A DNA stretch of 64,000 bases from Octopus vulgaris (Eukaryota), in assembly GCA_951406725.2 (NCBI GenBank), contig OX597818.1, forward strand, positions 19,964,001 to 20,028,000, in the 5' to 3' direction. The notes below the pieces were generated by a model. The model searched no databases. It worked only from the letters and a program-made list of their open reading frames with translations, and was not told where the DNA came from. Position 1 is the stretch's first letter, and each line of letters opens with the position of its first letter. Made by a program: the position numbers and the translations under genes. Shown here in pieces: positions 13,370 to 24,489 of this stretch.

Positions 13370-13704
13370 GTGTGTACACGCCCAAGCAATTTTAAGTCAG
13401 GCGAAGCTGAATCAAACTGTTATTAAAAATATAATTCATCCTGTTTGTGTTGTGTGCTACACGCTTTCGTTTGTCTCACACACATACATATACATATACA
13501 CACACACACACACACACATCATCCATCTCTCTCTCTCTCTCCTCTCTCCCATGCGTTCCAGTAAATATCGAACACAGTTATGTAGAGTTGTCTCCCTTGT
13601 TGATTTAAAGCCGCAGAACCGCTGTTGTTATAATCTTTACTCGGTTGGTTGTCAACGATTTAAGTTGCCTGTTTAATCAGATCACATCTTTCCCGTCTTT
13701 CAAG
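13370..13704 (+). promoter_or_regulatory. Probable promoter/5'UTR region of the SCARB2-like gene
   Basis: Unique sequence upstream of the ATG with (CA)n/(CT)n tracts and visibly more retained CpG than the gene body; TSS not determinable. Confidence 0.4.
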
Positions 13705-13818
13705 ATGTTGTTTACCAAACCAATAATAGGATTACTTGTTTCAGGGTTCGTTATAGCGGCAATTGGTGGTGGTATGTTCCCACTTTTTAGCTATATATTA
13801 CGAAAGAAAATCGATGAT
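13705..13818 (+). CDS. SCARB2: SCARB2-like coding exon 1 (MLFTKPIIGLLVSGFVIAAIGGGMFPLFSYILRKKIDD; N-terminal TM anchor)
   Basis: ATG in caagATG context, hydrophobic helix followed by RKK, donor GAT|gtgagt, phase 0. Confidence 0.88.
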
Positions 13819-14898
13819 GTGAGTATATATTCTGTTTCTCTCCTTCATCTATCATATACATCTCTACTCCTCGTTAAGCCTCTCGTAATCATACACCCTC
13901 GATTCTGTATGTCCTACCGTTCTGATTCTTTCGCTGTTTTGTATATTTATCGAACTCTCGGTTTTATCTTTATCATTGTTTTCCTCGACTGCCTTTCAAT
14001 TAATCTATTCTTTCCATTTTCTCTCTCGTCTGTTACTCAATCCATTTTATGTTTAAATTATTTTGCTACCTGCCTTTCTCTTTTTGTTTTACTGGCTCTG
14101 TGAGTGTTTGTTTGTCTTTGTGAGTGTCTGTGTTTACGAATATATTGTAGTCTCATCCATGCTCTAACACACCCATTTGTTGTGTACGTTGAACTCGTGA
14201 GAGAGCCTTTATGGAGACATCAGATATGCTGGAAATAACTGCCAATTCTCCCTAATGTTACAGCCTCCATGTAAAGAACAGGATGACCGTTCGGAAAGGC
14301 ACTCTATTATTGTTGTAAACTTAAACGAATAGAAAAAGTATGTTAGAATACAAGGCAAGCACAAAAGTCATTAGGTTTTCTTAAAAAACAGAAAAGCATT
14401 AACGTTTCAAACGTTTGAAATGACCCAGAAGATACCCTCGACATCAACGAGTTAAAATATTCTTTCAAAGGGAATAGTAATACTTTCGATCGATTAAATA
14501 ACTGTATATATATAGTTTGATCTATTAGAGTAGTGACATAACCTATTTGCTACAAGTAATGCTATTTGTCACTCTGGGCGTGACGACCCAGAAGAGACCC
14601 CCCAAGATCAACGAGTTGAAATATTCTTTCAAAGGAAATATCAGTAATACTTTCTTTAATAGACTTTCGACTCCTCAATCGCGATCGATCTCGAAAACTT
14701 CTTGTCCACAAAGAAATAGCAATCGAATTCACTGTAGAAGTAATCAGGCTTGTTTACGTTCTTATTCGAAAATATACGAGGCTACTCCTTGAAATGCATT
14801 TACAGGGTAACGTGTGGCCTGCTTATATGATCAGCTGTGCAATCGTTAGAACATGCATAATAATAATAATACAGTTCTATATTTAAGAGATGAGGAAT

Positions 14899-15414
14899 TA
14901 TGTACATTATTTACATTTGACGGGTATTTGTCCTCACCTTGTTTGTTATTAACACCTAACGTTTAGACTGATATACCCTCCAGCCTTCATCAGGTGTCTT
15001 GGGGAGATTTCGAACCTGGGTTCTCATTCCTAAGGTATTTTTCGATGTGACCTGAATAATAACAATAATAATGGCATTCTTTCGATATAACTCGACTGAA
15101 ACAGGTAAGAACAAATATGCAAGGATGCATTAAAATGAGATATTGCTGGCATAATTTCATTATATCTATACTCCATAAGCTACGGAAATACCCGAAGGGA
15201 AATGTTTTGATTTTGTCGAGTTATATCGAAGGAATGCCATAATAATAATAATAATAATAATAATAACATCGAAAAATACCTTAGGAATGAGAACCCAGGT
15301 TCGAAATCTTCCCCAAGACATCTGATGAAGGCTGGTGTGTATATAAGTCGAAACGTTGTGTTAACAGCAAACAAGATGAGGACAAATATCCGTCATATGT
15401 AAATAATATGCATA
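14899..15414. repeat. Inverted repeat (about 200-bp arms, about 118-bp spacer) of a hammerhead-bearing Penelope-like terminus
   Basis: 14899-15096 is the reverse complement of 15215-15414. Confidence 0.9.
15317..15362 (+). ncRNA. Minimal type I hammerhead ribozyme motif (intact core)
   Basis: GACAU CUGAUGA A GGCU-loop-AGUC GAAAC GUU GUGUU: stem I GACAU/GUGUU, stem II GGCU/AGUC, palindromic AACGUU stem III (dimer type), GUU triplet. Confidence 0.7.
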
Positions 15415-17191
15415 GTAATAGACTGTATTTCACCGATCTAGATTATCCTACTTTGTATACAAATACCTACTAGTCGGAACTTGGGGAAACTGCGAGACAA
15501 AAGTTTTGGGTTGCTAGACATCTCTCCTCAGGAACACTTTTAGAGAGTTATATTCAGTATTTCTCGTTTGATCACCTATATAACCAGGTGAAGTCACTCC
15601 TTCAGGCTTGTCAACTAACTTGAATGAAAATGCTGGGAAAATATGGCATAAATTACGGTTGGCTATTTTATAATTTTTTAGCTACTTTAGAGTGTTTATA
15701 TTTTTGTGGTGGGAGCAATCTCAGGTTTTGGGTAGGGATGGGTGGGGCATAATGAGTAATATTTACTACATTTTTTACTTTAAGAAAAATTTCTTTCGTT
15801 TTTTTTTCTTTGCAAATGTTCAATACTTTACAAAAACTATATCAGCTAAGCAAATGACCTTTTCTAAATGCATTAGAAACACTAAAGCATATTCAGAACA
15901 CTATTTCAGAAAATTATCTTTGATCTCTTTGAGCATGCAAAACACAAATTTAGGCGGGGCAAAAAAAGTATGACAAAGTGAAATTTGCTTTTTCAGTTCC
16001 TCGCAAATACATTTGAAATATGTTTGAGAAAAGGCTCGTACACATCGATAACCATTATTAGACATCAGAAAGATTATAAATGCAACGAGTTTAAAATATC
16101 TTCATCAAATGAAAGAGGATCTTGGGAAAATGACATAGGATATGAAATTGTACACGCAAAAGATTAGAACGTCACTATTTGTTTACTTATATTACACCAT
16201 TAACACTATTTAACATACATCCCATGAAATAGTACATGCTATATGAAAGCATATTTTACAATATACTCTTTGTTTCTAGCAACATATTCACTCACAGTTT
16301 TGTTGTAAGAAATCCTCATATCATTTTCTGGAGACACTGTACATAAAGAATTTAAGTGCTTTTCAGTCATGATTGACACTTGTTCTTTATAAAGGATAGG
16401 TCTGAAAAATTTTTTTTCCTATTTCTCAATTCATGATAGATATTGTCAAGTACACTTTAAACATATGAGTAATATTAGGTAACTCTAAGGCGGTAAAGCT
16501 AACAGAATCGTTACTATGCCAGGCAAAATTCTCAGTGACATGTGACATTTCGTCTGTCTTTTACATTCTGGACTCAAATTCTGCCAATGTCAACTTAGCC
16601 TTTCATTTTTTCGGGGTCAATAAAACAAGTACCAGTTGAGCACTGAGGTTGATGTGTTTGACTTACACCTTCCCTCAAAATTGGTTGCCTTGTGCTAAAA
16701 TTTGAAACCAATATTAGGGAACTGTTTAACTAGGTGTTGCTTACAAATAAGCTGAAAAAATTCTGCACATTGCATTTTTGACATCTTTTCTTATGTGTCC
16801 TGAAATTTTCTAAGGTGCAGATATTCCTTTAGATAACACTTGTTTACTAATTTCTGGTCAGTATCACCTTTGTAAAATGATATCATAAGTTTAATACTGT
16901 CCACATCAATTTCAAAACTGTTCACTAATTCTGACATTTACATGAACCTTTCTACAATGTATTGAAATGGGTCTTGTGTAAATGGATTACCAAGCAGCCA
17001 TGGAGTTGATTTAGAACTTTTGTTCTACATTTATCAGTTCATCTCAAAGATGTACTACCACTTGTTCCATCTGAAAATTTCTTTGTAGTAATGTGGAAGT
17101 GTCAGAATAATTTGAGGTGAAATCTTCACACAAACCTTTCACTTCTGATTCATTGTGTGCAATCTTATCAGCTCAATTTTCTCTGAGTTGT

Positions 17192-17380
17192 TTAACCCTT
17201 CAGATTATTTTATCAAATGTAATGCTTATTTATTAACATTATTTTGAATTAATCATGTATTACCTCGTACGTTTGAGATTTTGATGATGCAATTGTATAT
17301 TTTTAGAATGACATTATAGGATAGGTGTGAGAGGCCATATCTGGCCAGTTTGAACATAAAACAAGTAGAATATTTCAGCT
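17192..17380 (+). mobile_element. piggyBac-like MITE fragment (left end)
   Basis: Starts TTAA|CCC; overlaps in sequence with 29436-29581, which ends AGG|TTAA. Confidence 0.45.
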
Positions 17381-18239
17381 GATAGCAGAAGATGACCTTC
17401 AAATACACCAAAACCAAAGCCTGGAGCTTCTTGTTTTGCCAAAACTCTTCAGTGCTTCTGTTAAGACAGCATATTGCAGCTTTACCTACTTGGTGTTTAA
17501 ATTATTATTTTTTTTTTGGCCGGGGGGAGGGGGGTGTCTCATTTTCATTCTGGCTTTTCTTCTATTAACTATTCATATATTCATTTTTAATAGCTCTGAC
17601 TGTTTCATAATGTCCAGTCATCTAGTTACACCTAAGGTTTTAAACAAACATCAAAATTGTCATATCTTCATCTTTATCTTTTACTTGTTTCAGTCATAAT
17701 GGTTGCAGCCTTGAAGAATTTTAGTTGGTATTGACCTTGAAGAATTTTAGTTGAACAAATTGACCCCAGTGCTTATTTATCTTTTTTTATAAACCTGATA
17801 CTTATTCTACGGTCTCTTTTGCTAAACCACTATGTTTTGGGGATGTAAACACAGTAACACCAGTTGTCAAGTGGTGGTGAGGGACAAACCCATATATACA
17901 ATGGACTTCTTTCAGTTTCTGTCTATTAAATCTACACACAAGGCTTTGGTCAGCCTGAGACTACAGTAGAAACCACTTGCATAAGGTACCATGCAGATGG
18001 ATTGCACCCATAACCATGTGGCTGGGAAGCAAACTTCTTACCACTTAGCTACACCCAAGCCTATCTTTGTGGGGATTCAGGAAAGAATTCCTGCAAAATG
18101 CCAAAATAGTCAACTACTTCAGGTGTAGTAAGACACTGCCATTCCTCCAACAACAAAAGTTAAGCGAATGTAATGAAAAGCAATTTTTCCATTTTTTCAG
18201 ACATTTTTAGTAATAAACATCTGTAATTTTAACATATTT

Positions 18240-18780
18240 TTTAATTAGTTTTTCATAGATACTTGTAATATAGTTTTAGCCTCGGTTATGCAATTGTCGC
18301 TTATCTTCCATTCCTTATCTTTTTTTACAACTAAATCAATAAGACACTTCCTAAATGTTTCTGCAGTCCTTGTTATCGTTATTTTGTCAGAAGTAAAGAA
18401 CCTTGTGACACTTGTTTGCTTTGCAGTTGATATTCCACTGACTGAAGTTGAAGTACTTGGCTTTGCTTCTTGTGCACTTGGGCCTTTTACACTTGTTTCA
18501 TCCTTTTCATTTACTTTTTCTAAGACTTTTAGATGAAAACACTCTAAATGTCTTTTCAAATTACTTGCTCTTGAAGGAGCATTTTTTATCAGAACCACTA
18601 TAAGTACTTATTTTGCTGCTACAAAGTTTTCCAGTATCCTCATTATCACTATCTTCACTATCATATATTCTTTGACACAAAATACTTGTTATCTTCAGTG
18701 ATAGTAAAATGTTCAAATACAGTAGATTCTATAACGAATCTCCTCAAATATTATTTTCATATTCTTATTACCCGTTTTGG
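18240..18780 (-). mobile_element. hAT transposase N-terminal (BED-finger region) remnant
   Basis: VFEHFTITEDNKYF...ASNLKRHLECFH...QTSVTRFFTSDKITI...FRKCLIDLVVK. Confidence 0.55.
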
Positions 18781-18997
18781 CTGTTTTTCATGAATCCTTA
18801 TTAGAAATCACCTATTCTCTCTTTTTGGATCCCCCAGAAAGTTTGAATTGTTCTTTTTGAACTTATGTTTTCTCATATATATATATATATATATATAAAT
18901 AATTGAGAGTCAGTTGAATTAGTTACTTATATTGAAGCATCACCTCTTTATATCTTATTGCTTATATATGTATATATATATGTATGTATATATATAT

Positions 18998-19920
18998 AAT
19001 AGTGTAATAATTAAAATATATGCATACATACAAACATATATGTACGTACCTACATCTACATGTATATATACATGCATATATAAATATATATACATGTGTA
19101 CAGGACACCACAAATAGACGTAGAACTCAACGAGAAACGAAAAAGTAAAAACGGCATGGAACGGACCATTTTTTTAACAACGAAAAAACAGAGTACAAGG
19201 CAACTACACAAGGAAAAATCCCCTTCATCAGCTGTCCCTAGTTCAACTCCAGCGTGTTTCGAAGGTGAAGACAGAACACGTCTCGTTGAACTAGTCCTTC
19301 CTATGAAAGAATTAAATAAAATTCCTTTGCAGAGGTGTAAAAACAAGGAAAAAAAAATTGTGACAAAAACAGGACGTAAAACCAATACAATTAAAAACAA
19401 ATACAAAATAAAAATACAATTACAAAAAATACAGTACAAGAAGGGGTAGAAACAGGACAGGAAAACAAATAATGAGGGCCTATAAGCCTAGACGAGGAAA
19501 AAATTTTTTTTCACAAGCGCAAGAAGAAACATGTTTACTTGAAGAAGGCTGCCAAGGAAAGGAAGTTCGTTGATCTGGCTGTGAGAGAGATGAGGAGGAG
19601 AGAGAGAGAGATAGAGAGGAAGGAAGCCAAAGAGGGTGAAAGAGAGAGAGAAGAAGGAGTTATAGAGTTTCGCGTCATAATTATATATAAAAACCAGCTT
19701 AGAGAAGAAGAAATGAAACGAAACCAAACGAATCGAATCGACGCGAGGGTGCTCAGTCATACAATAGTGTAATAATTAAAATATATGCATACATACAAAC
19801 ATATATGTATGTACCTATATCTACATGTATATATACATGCATATATAAATATATATACGTGTGTACAGGACACCACAAATAGACGTAGAACTCAACGAGA
19901 AACGAAAAAGTAAAAACGGC

Positions 19921-19922
<2 letters not shown>
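18998..19922 (-). mobile_element. Non-autonomous element: 765-bp unit with 160-bp direct terminal repeats, flanked by TA-rich microsatellite (Penelope/retrozyme-like)
   Basis: 18998-19157 is nearly identical to 19763-19922; CpGs retained; contains hammerhead core segments. Confidence 0.7.
19217..19296 (-). ncRNA. Candidate non-circularly permuted hammerhead ribozyme
   Basis: Minus strand: CGUGU-U-CUGUC uuca CCUUC-GAAA-CACG ... GACAG-CUGAUGA-AGGGG; all three stems pair but segment order is reversed. Confidence 0.55.
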
Positions 19923-19952
<30 letters not shown>

Positions 19953-19977
19953 GTATGTATATATGTATGTATGTATG

Positions 19978-20008
<31 letters not shown>

Positions 20009-21405
20009 ATATGTATGTATAGCCAAGGGAACTAATCCATTCAGTTTCCTAAATCATTTGGTATAAATCAAATTGAGTATGCTTATTTCTTAGTATTTGA
20101 AATGTTAGAGTTATTTTCGCAATTTATCCAGCACAACACTTAAACAAGTAAATAGTATTTTCCTAAACAATAGATCCACTTATTTCGGTTAGTGACTTAT
20201 TCACAAATATACCAACACTAGCACCACTGAGGGTAATATTCTCTGGGAACACACAAAAGCCCTTTTCAGGGCTACTTTACTTGAATTCTTATGACTGGGT
20301 AACTGATTTCATGTTATTACATAACTGACTTCACAATTTGGGTATTCATAACTTATTATATTGTTATTATTGGATCAGCGAAACAATTATGAGAATGGAT
20401 GGAACCAAGGGATAAGCCCTGCTTTCCTGGGAATTACTAGGTACATCAGCTAGTATATATATATATATGTAATACAAATAAGAAAATAGAGAAACAAATT
20501 CATCTCGTTCATCAACTTATGGATATTACAATTTTACATTATTTATTAAGTATACAAATGAGAACATCAAAAGCAAACAAAACATATAAATCAATAGGTA
20601 ATATAATAATAAAAATAATACAAATACATATTTTAAAAGTCATATTATAAATTATTGAAATTCATAAACTACTTCTTACAGCTGTTTCATTTATGTATTA
20701 AGAATTTGGGTACTTTACCAACAGTATATTGGATAATTGATATCCCATAGTGGGTTACATTCATAACCCCTATCTTTGTACTATATATATATATAGAGAG
20801 AGAGAGCTTTATATGTATATATATACACATATATATATTGATATATGTATTCTTTAAGTTTGTTTATGGGAAATGTTTTTGAATATGCATATAAAAGTTC
20901 CTAGTTTATTATCCTAGCTACAGCCTAATGATACTAGCTGGGAATAGCAGATTTTAGGGGTTCTGCTGAGCTGTGCCAATATAATGTGGTAATAATTATC
21001 ATGGATGGAATTTATAAATATTTTAATGCATCACTACGTTCATTTCCACAAATCACATGTTTCTTGTGATCATAGTCCATATTGTTGGGATGATTGCAGT
21101 ACAGTCCATCATATCTATGGACATCGGATGGATCATATTGATGTGTATATTTTCTCAGGCGATATGGCCTGGGTAAATGAATGCCTGAGTCATATCCTTT
21201 GAAGAAATGACTGCAGGAATTTAATCCACCCAATGTCTATGGATACTACACACTGTAACCATCTCAGGAATACAGGCTATAATTGTAAGAAACTTGTGAT
21301 TTGTGGAAATGCATACAGCGATGAATTAAAATTATAAATTCCATCCATCGAATATTATCTTTATTACTATAGATATATGTATGTGTGTGTGTGTGTATAT
21401 GTATG

Positions 21406-21680
21406 TAAAAAGCACCATCCAATCGTGGCCATTGCCAGCCTCGCCTGGCCCCCGTGCTGGTGGCACATAAAAAGCCCTATCCGACCGTGGCTGTTTGCCA
21501 GCCCCGTCTGGCATGTAAAAAGCACCCACTACACTCATGGAGTGGTTGGCGTTAGGAAAGGTATCCAGCCGTAGAAACACTGCCAGATCAGACTGGGCCT
21601 GGTGCAGCCTTCTGGCTTCCCAGACCCCAGTTGAACCGTCCAACCCATGCTAGCATGGAAAGCGGACGCTAAATGATGAT

Positions 21681-21682
<2 letters not shown>
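21406..21682 (+). mobile_element. RTE LINE 3'UTR fragment ending in (GAT)n
   Basis: ggaagggcatccagctgtagaaac...ccaacccatgctagcatggaaagcggacg..aaatgatgat family, more than 12 copies in the window. Confidence 0.8.
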
Positions 21683-21732
<50 letters not shown>

Positions 21733-22231
21733 CACACACATACACACACACTCACACACACATATTGCAAAGTTCAAGTTGACTTCAAGTTTCACTAATC
21801 AGTTTATTCAACCTGTCCGAGTCAACTTGAACTTTACGATAAATTTGTGTCTAGTCTTAATACTGAATCATTCTACCGGTGAATGTTCTGCTGTTATTCT
21901 TAAACTTGTTTTAAAATAATAGCCATAATTTAATACAATTACTTGCTTCAGTCACTTGACTGTTGCCATGCTGGAGCACTGCCATTAGTCAGACAAATCG
22001 ACCCCAGGACTTATTCTTTGTAGGCCTAGTAAAACCCTATTGGTCTATTTTGACAAGCCATTAAGTTACAGGGATGTAAACACACCGACATTGGTTGTCA
22101 AATGGTGGTGGTGGTGGGGGAACAAACGCAAATACACACACACGCACACACACATACAATGATCTTCTTTCAGTTTCTGTCTACTAAATTCACTCACAAG
22201 GCTTTGGTCAGCCTGAGGCTGTAGCAAAATT

Positions 22232-23458
22232 CACTATCGATGAAAACAAGCTTCAAGTCGATGACAATATCGTTGAACTCATGAAACAACATATGTCAAT
22301 ACTTGGCAGGGAAATATCTTTTTATTTTCATGATCTTCATGACTTTGACAAATACTGACACTTTATCAGGAACCCATTTGTACTCTCTGTTAGCGATCTG
22401 TCTACAGAAAACAATTTAATTCAAAAGCAGTTCATTGATTTGGTTAATGATGGCAGTTCAAATTTTTTTTTTTTTTTCGTGAACTGTGCTGTTCTGACTT
22501 TTGGATTGAAATAACACAGTCATATCTTGATATCACAAAGATGACTCTTAAAGTACTGATGCCATTTCTAACCACCTATGAGGGTGAGACTGTGTTTTCC
22601 ACTCTCCTTGCCATCAAAACAGTCACAAAACCGACTGGGTGTCACACCAGATATGAGGGTTGCCCTCTCCAAAACAGCCAAATACAGAAGAGCTGGTGAC
22701 TATGAAGCAAGTACATCCATCACACTAAACTTTACTGTAAATAAAATGACAGATGATCTGTTTTTGTGAATAAATAAATTCTTATATAATTTTTTTTATG
22801 TCATTTTATGTATCAGGGATTCAAGAAAAGGGATGGTAAACTTTCATGAGAGGTGGAGAAGACAATGTTTCTACTAAAATTGTGGTTTTCTGTGCATACT
22901 AGTGGTCCAACTGGCAGAAACTGCTATACATTTTGGGATGCTATTGCAATTCTTCTGCCAAAAATAGCTAAATTGGTTGAAGTGCACTTCTTGGATAATC
23001 AATATGAGGAATGACCAGCCAATGGGGAAGAATAACATCCAAAACATGGTGAAAGAGGAAGGTGATGTCAAAAACTTGAGAACCACTGTAATTTTTGGTG
23101 TATGACCTGTGGTTTCTTTCTGCCAAATAGGCATAAATGGGTCTTACACAGTTAATACAGGATGCTGGGGATATTTTCAGACTGTTTTCTTTTCTCATTT
23201 GTTTTGTGACCAAATGAGAATTGATTCCCCATATTTTCATGGGTATTTACGGTACCCTAATGGGCTATTGTGTGAATTAAGCTGTGGTTTTCAGGGTTGC
23301 GGGTTTATGGTCAGTATGGTTCATAGTCCGCAAAATACAGTACACAAATGTAATTTTTCAATGTTAATTATACTGCATTTTATAGGGGACTGTGAATCAT
23401 CTGAAAATCTGTAAGGGGACTGGCATGTAAAATTTTTTGAAAAGTTTGAGAATCACTG
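22232..23458 (+). mobile_element. hAT Charlie/Buster-type transposon, 3' part (interrupted)
   Basis: FWIEITQSYLDITKMTLKVLMPFLTTYEGETVFSTLLAIKT..NRLGVTPDMRVALSKT dimerization domain; right TIR aagtttgagaatcactg at 23442-23458. Confidence 0.75.
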
Positions 23459-23780
23459 GTCTAAAGCATAGCTTTTGCATACATGTGACACCACTAAACC
23501 ATCATCTTGGTATAACTAGACATTGCATTTGGTAATTTGTATTTTAAGAGGTCTAATGTATATAAGCTGATTAAGTCATATGTGTCAGCATAGTCATATG
23601 ATCCCATTAGGACAAGAAATAGATCAGCAGTCAAACTTTTTTTTGTTCCCAAGCCACTCTGCTTCTGAAGAGCACACTCTTGTGTGTGTACATTATCACT
23701 TTTACCAATAAGACATATAACTCTACAAATAAAATGCTGGTGAAATTGCATTTACAACTTAATGCTTTAATTTACAGGGA

Positions 23781-24330
23781 TCAAGCTATTGAAGAGTAAA
23801 AAACTAAAATATTAATTTGAGCAAACCCAACATGAAACTTATTTGTAATATTCCTAATCCATGATAGTTCTGAGGTACTATTGGTCCATTGTTGTAGATT
23901 AATATTTTTCTTAATTTTTATGTCTCTTGAATATTTTTTAGTGATTAGTCCTAACTTAATTCTAATGTGGTTAATTAACCTATAATTTGGCTTGTTTATC
24001 AACTTGGCACTATGATCCCTTAATGTTATAGTTGCTTCACATTTAGCTAAGAACTCATCTCTGTTATCTATATGGATTTTTTTCTTTTTTTGCAATTGCC
24101 TTAGCTTATTTATTTGTAGAGTTATATCTCTTATCAGTAATTTACTGGTACTTATTAGCGACGCTAATTACTAGCTGATTAAACTTATTAGTATTAACTT
24201 TGTACATATCTTATCAGAAAATAAGTACAATGACATTTTTAGCAACTCTTAACTTTCTAATGTCCTTAGCTATGTCATTTGGGAGTGGGTTGTTGTATCC
24301 AAAGAATTTCAAGTTATTAAATAGCTCAAG
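23781..24330 (-). mobile_element. Penelope-like element RT fragment (Naiad-like)
   Basis: ITLRDH....NKPNYRLIN...KLGLITK...LQQWTNSTSELSW..NI.NK....F.QINI..FYSSI resembles TLKDHK.NF...P..RLINP.KSELG.ISK...NQW.NT..VI.WF...FDI..FYPSI. Confidence 0.7.
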
Positions 24331-24417
24331 TGTGACATCAGATCCTTGGCACATGTACATGTAGTAACTCTAGAATTCTAGTGGTATATTTTCAAGTTCT
24401 GATGCTGTAAGCTCCCA

Positions 24418-24463
<46 letters not shown>

Positions 24464-24489
24464 CTCCACTGATCCATTCATCTATTATT

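Noticed and set aside
13645-14103. 152-aa hydrophobic ORF as a single-exon membrane protein
   Set aside because: Only 13705-13818 is coding; the rest is read-through into pyrimidine-rich intron 1 past a canonical donor
19056-19772. Lys-rich and hydrophobic ORFs (117-127 aa) in the direct-repeat element
   Set aside because: Low-complexity A-rich or GA-rich sequence open on both strands with no domain motifs
22850-23280. piggyBac-like Cys-rich C-terminal remnant nested in the hAT element
   Set aside because: Only a faint CQK...C.FWC.TC pattern with stops and no clear TTAA-CCC/GGG ends; not supportable
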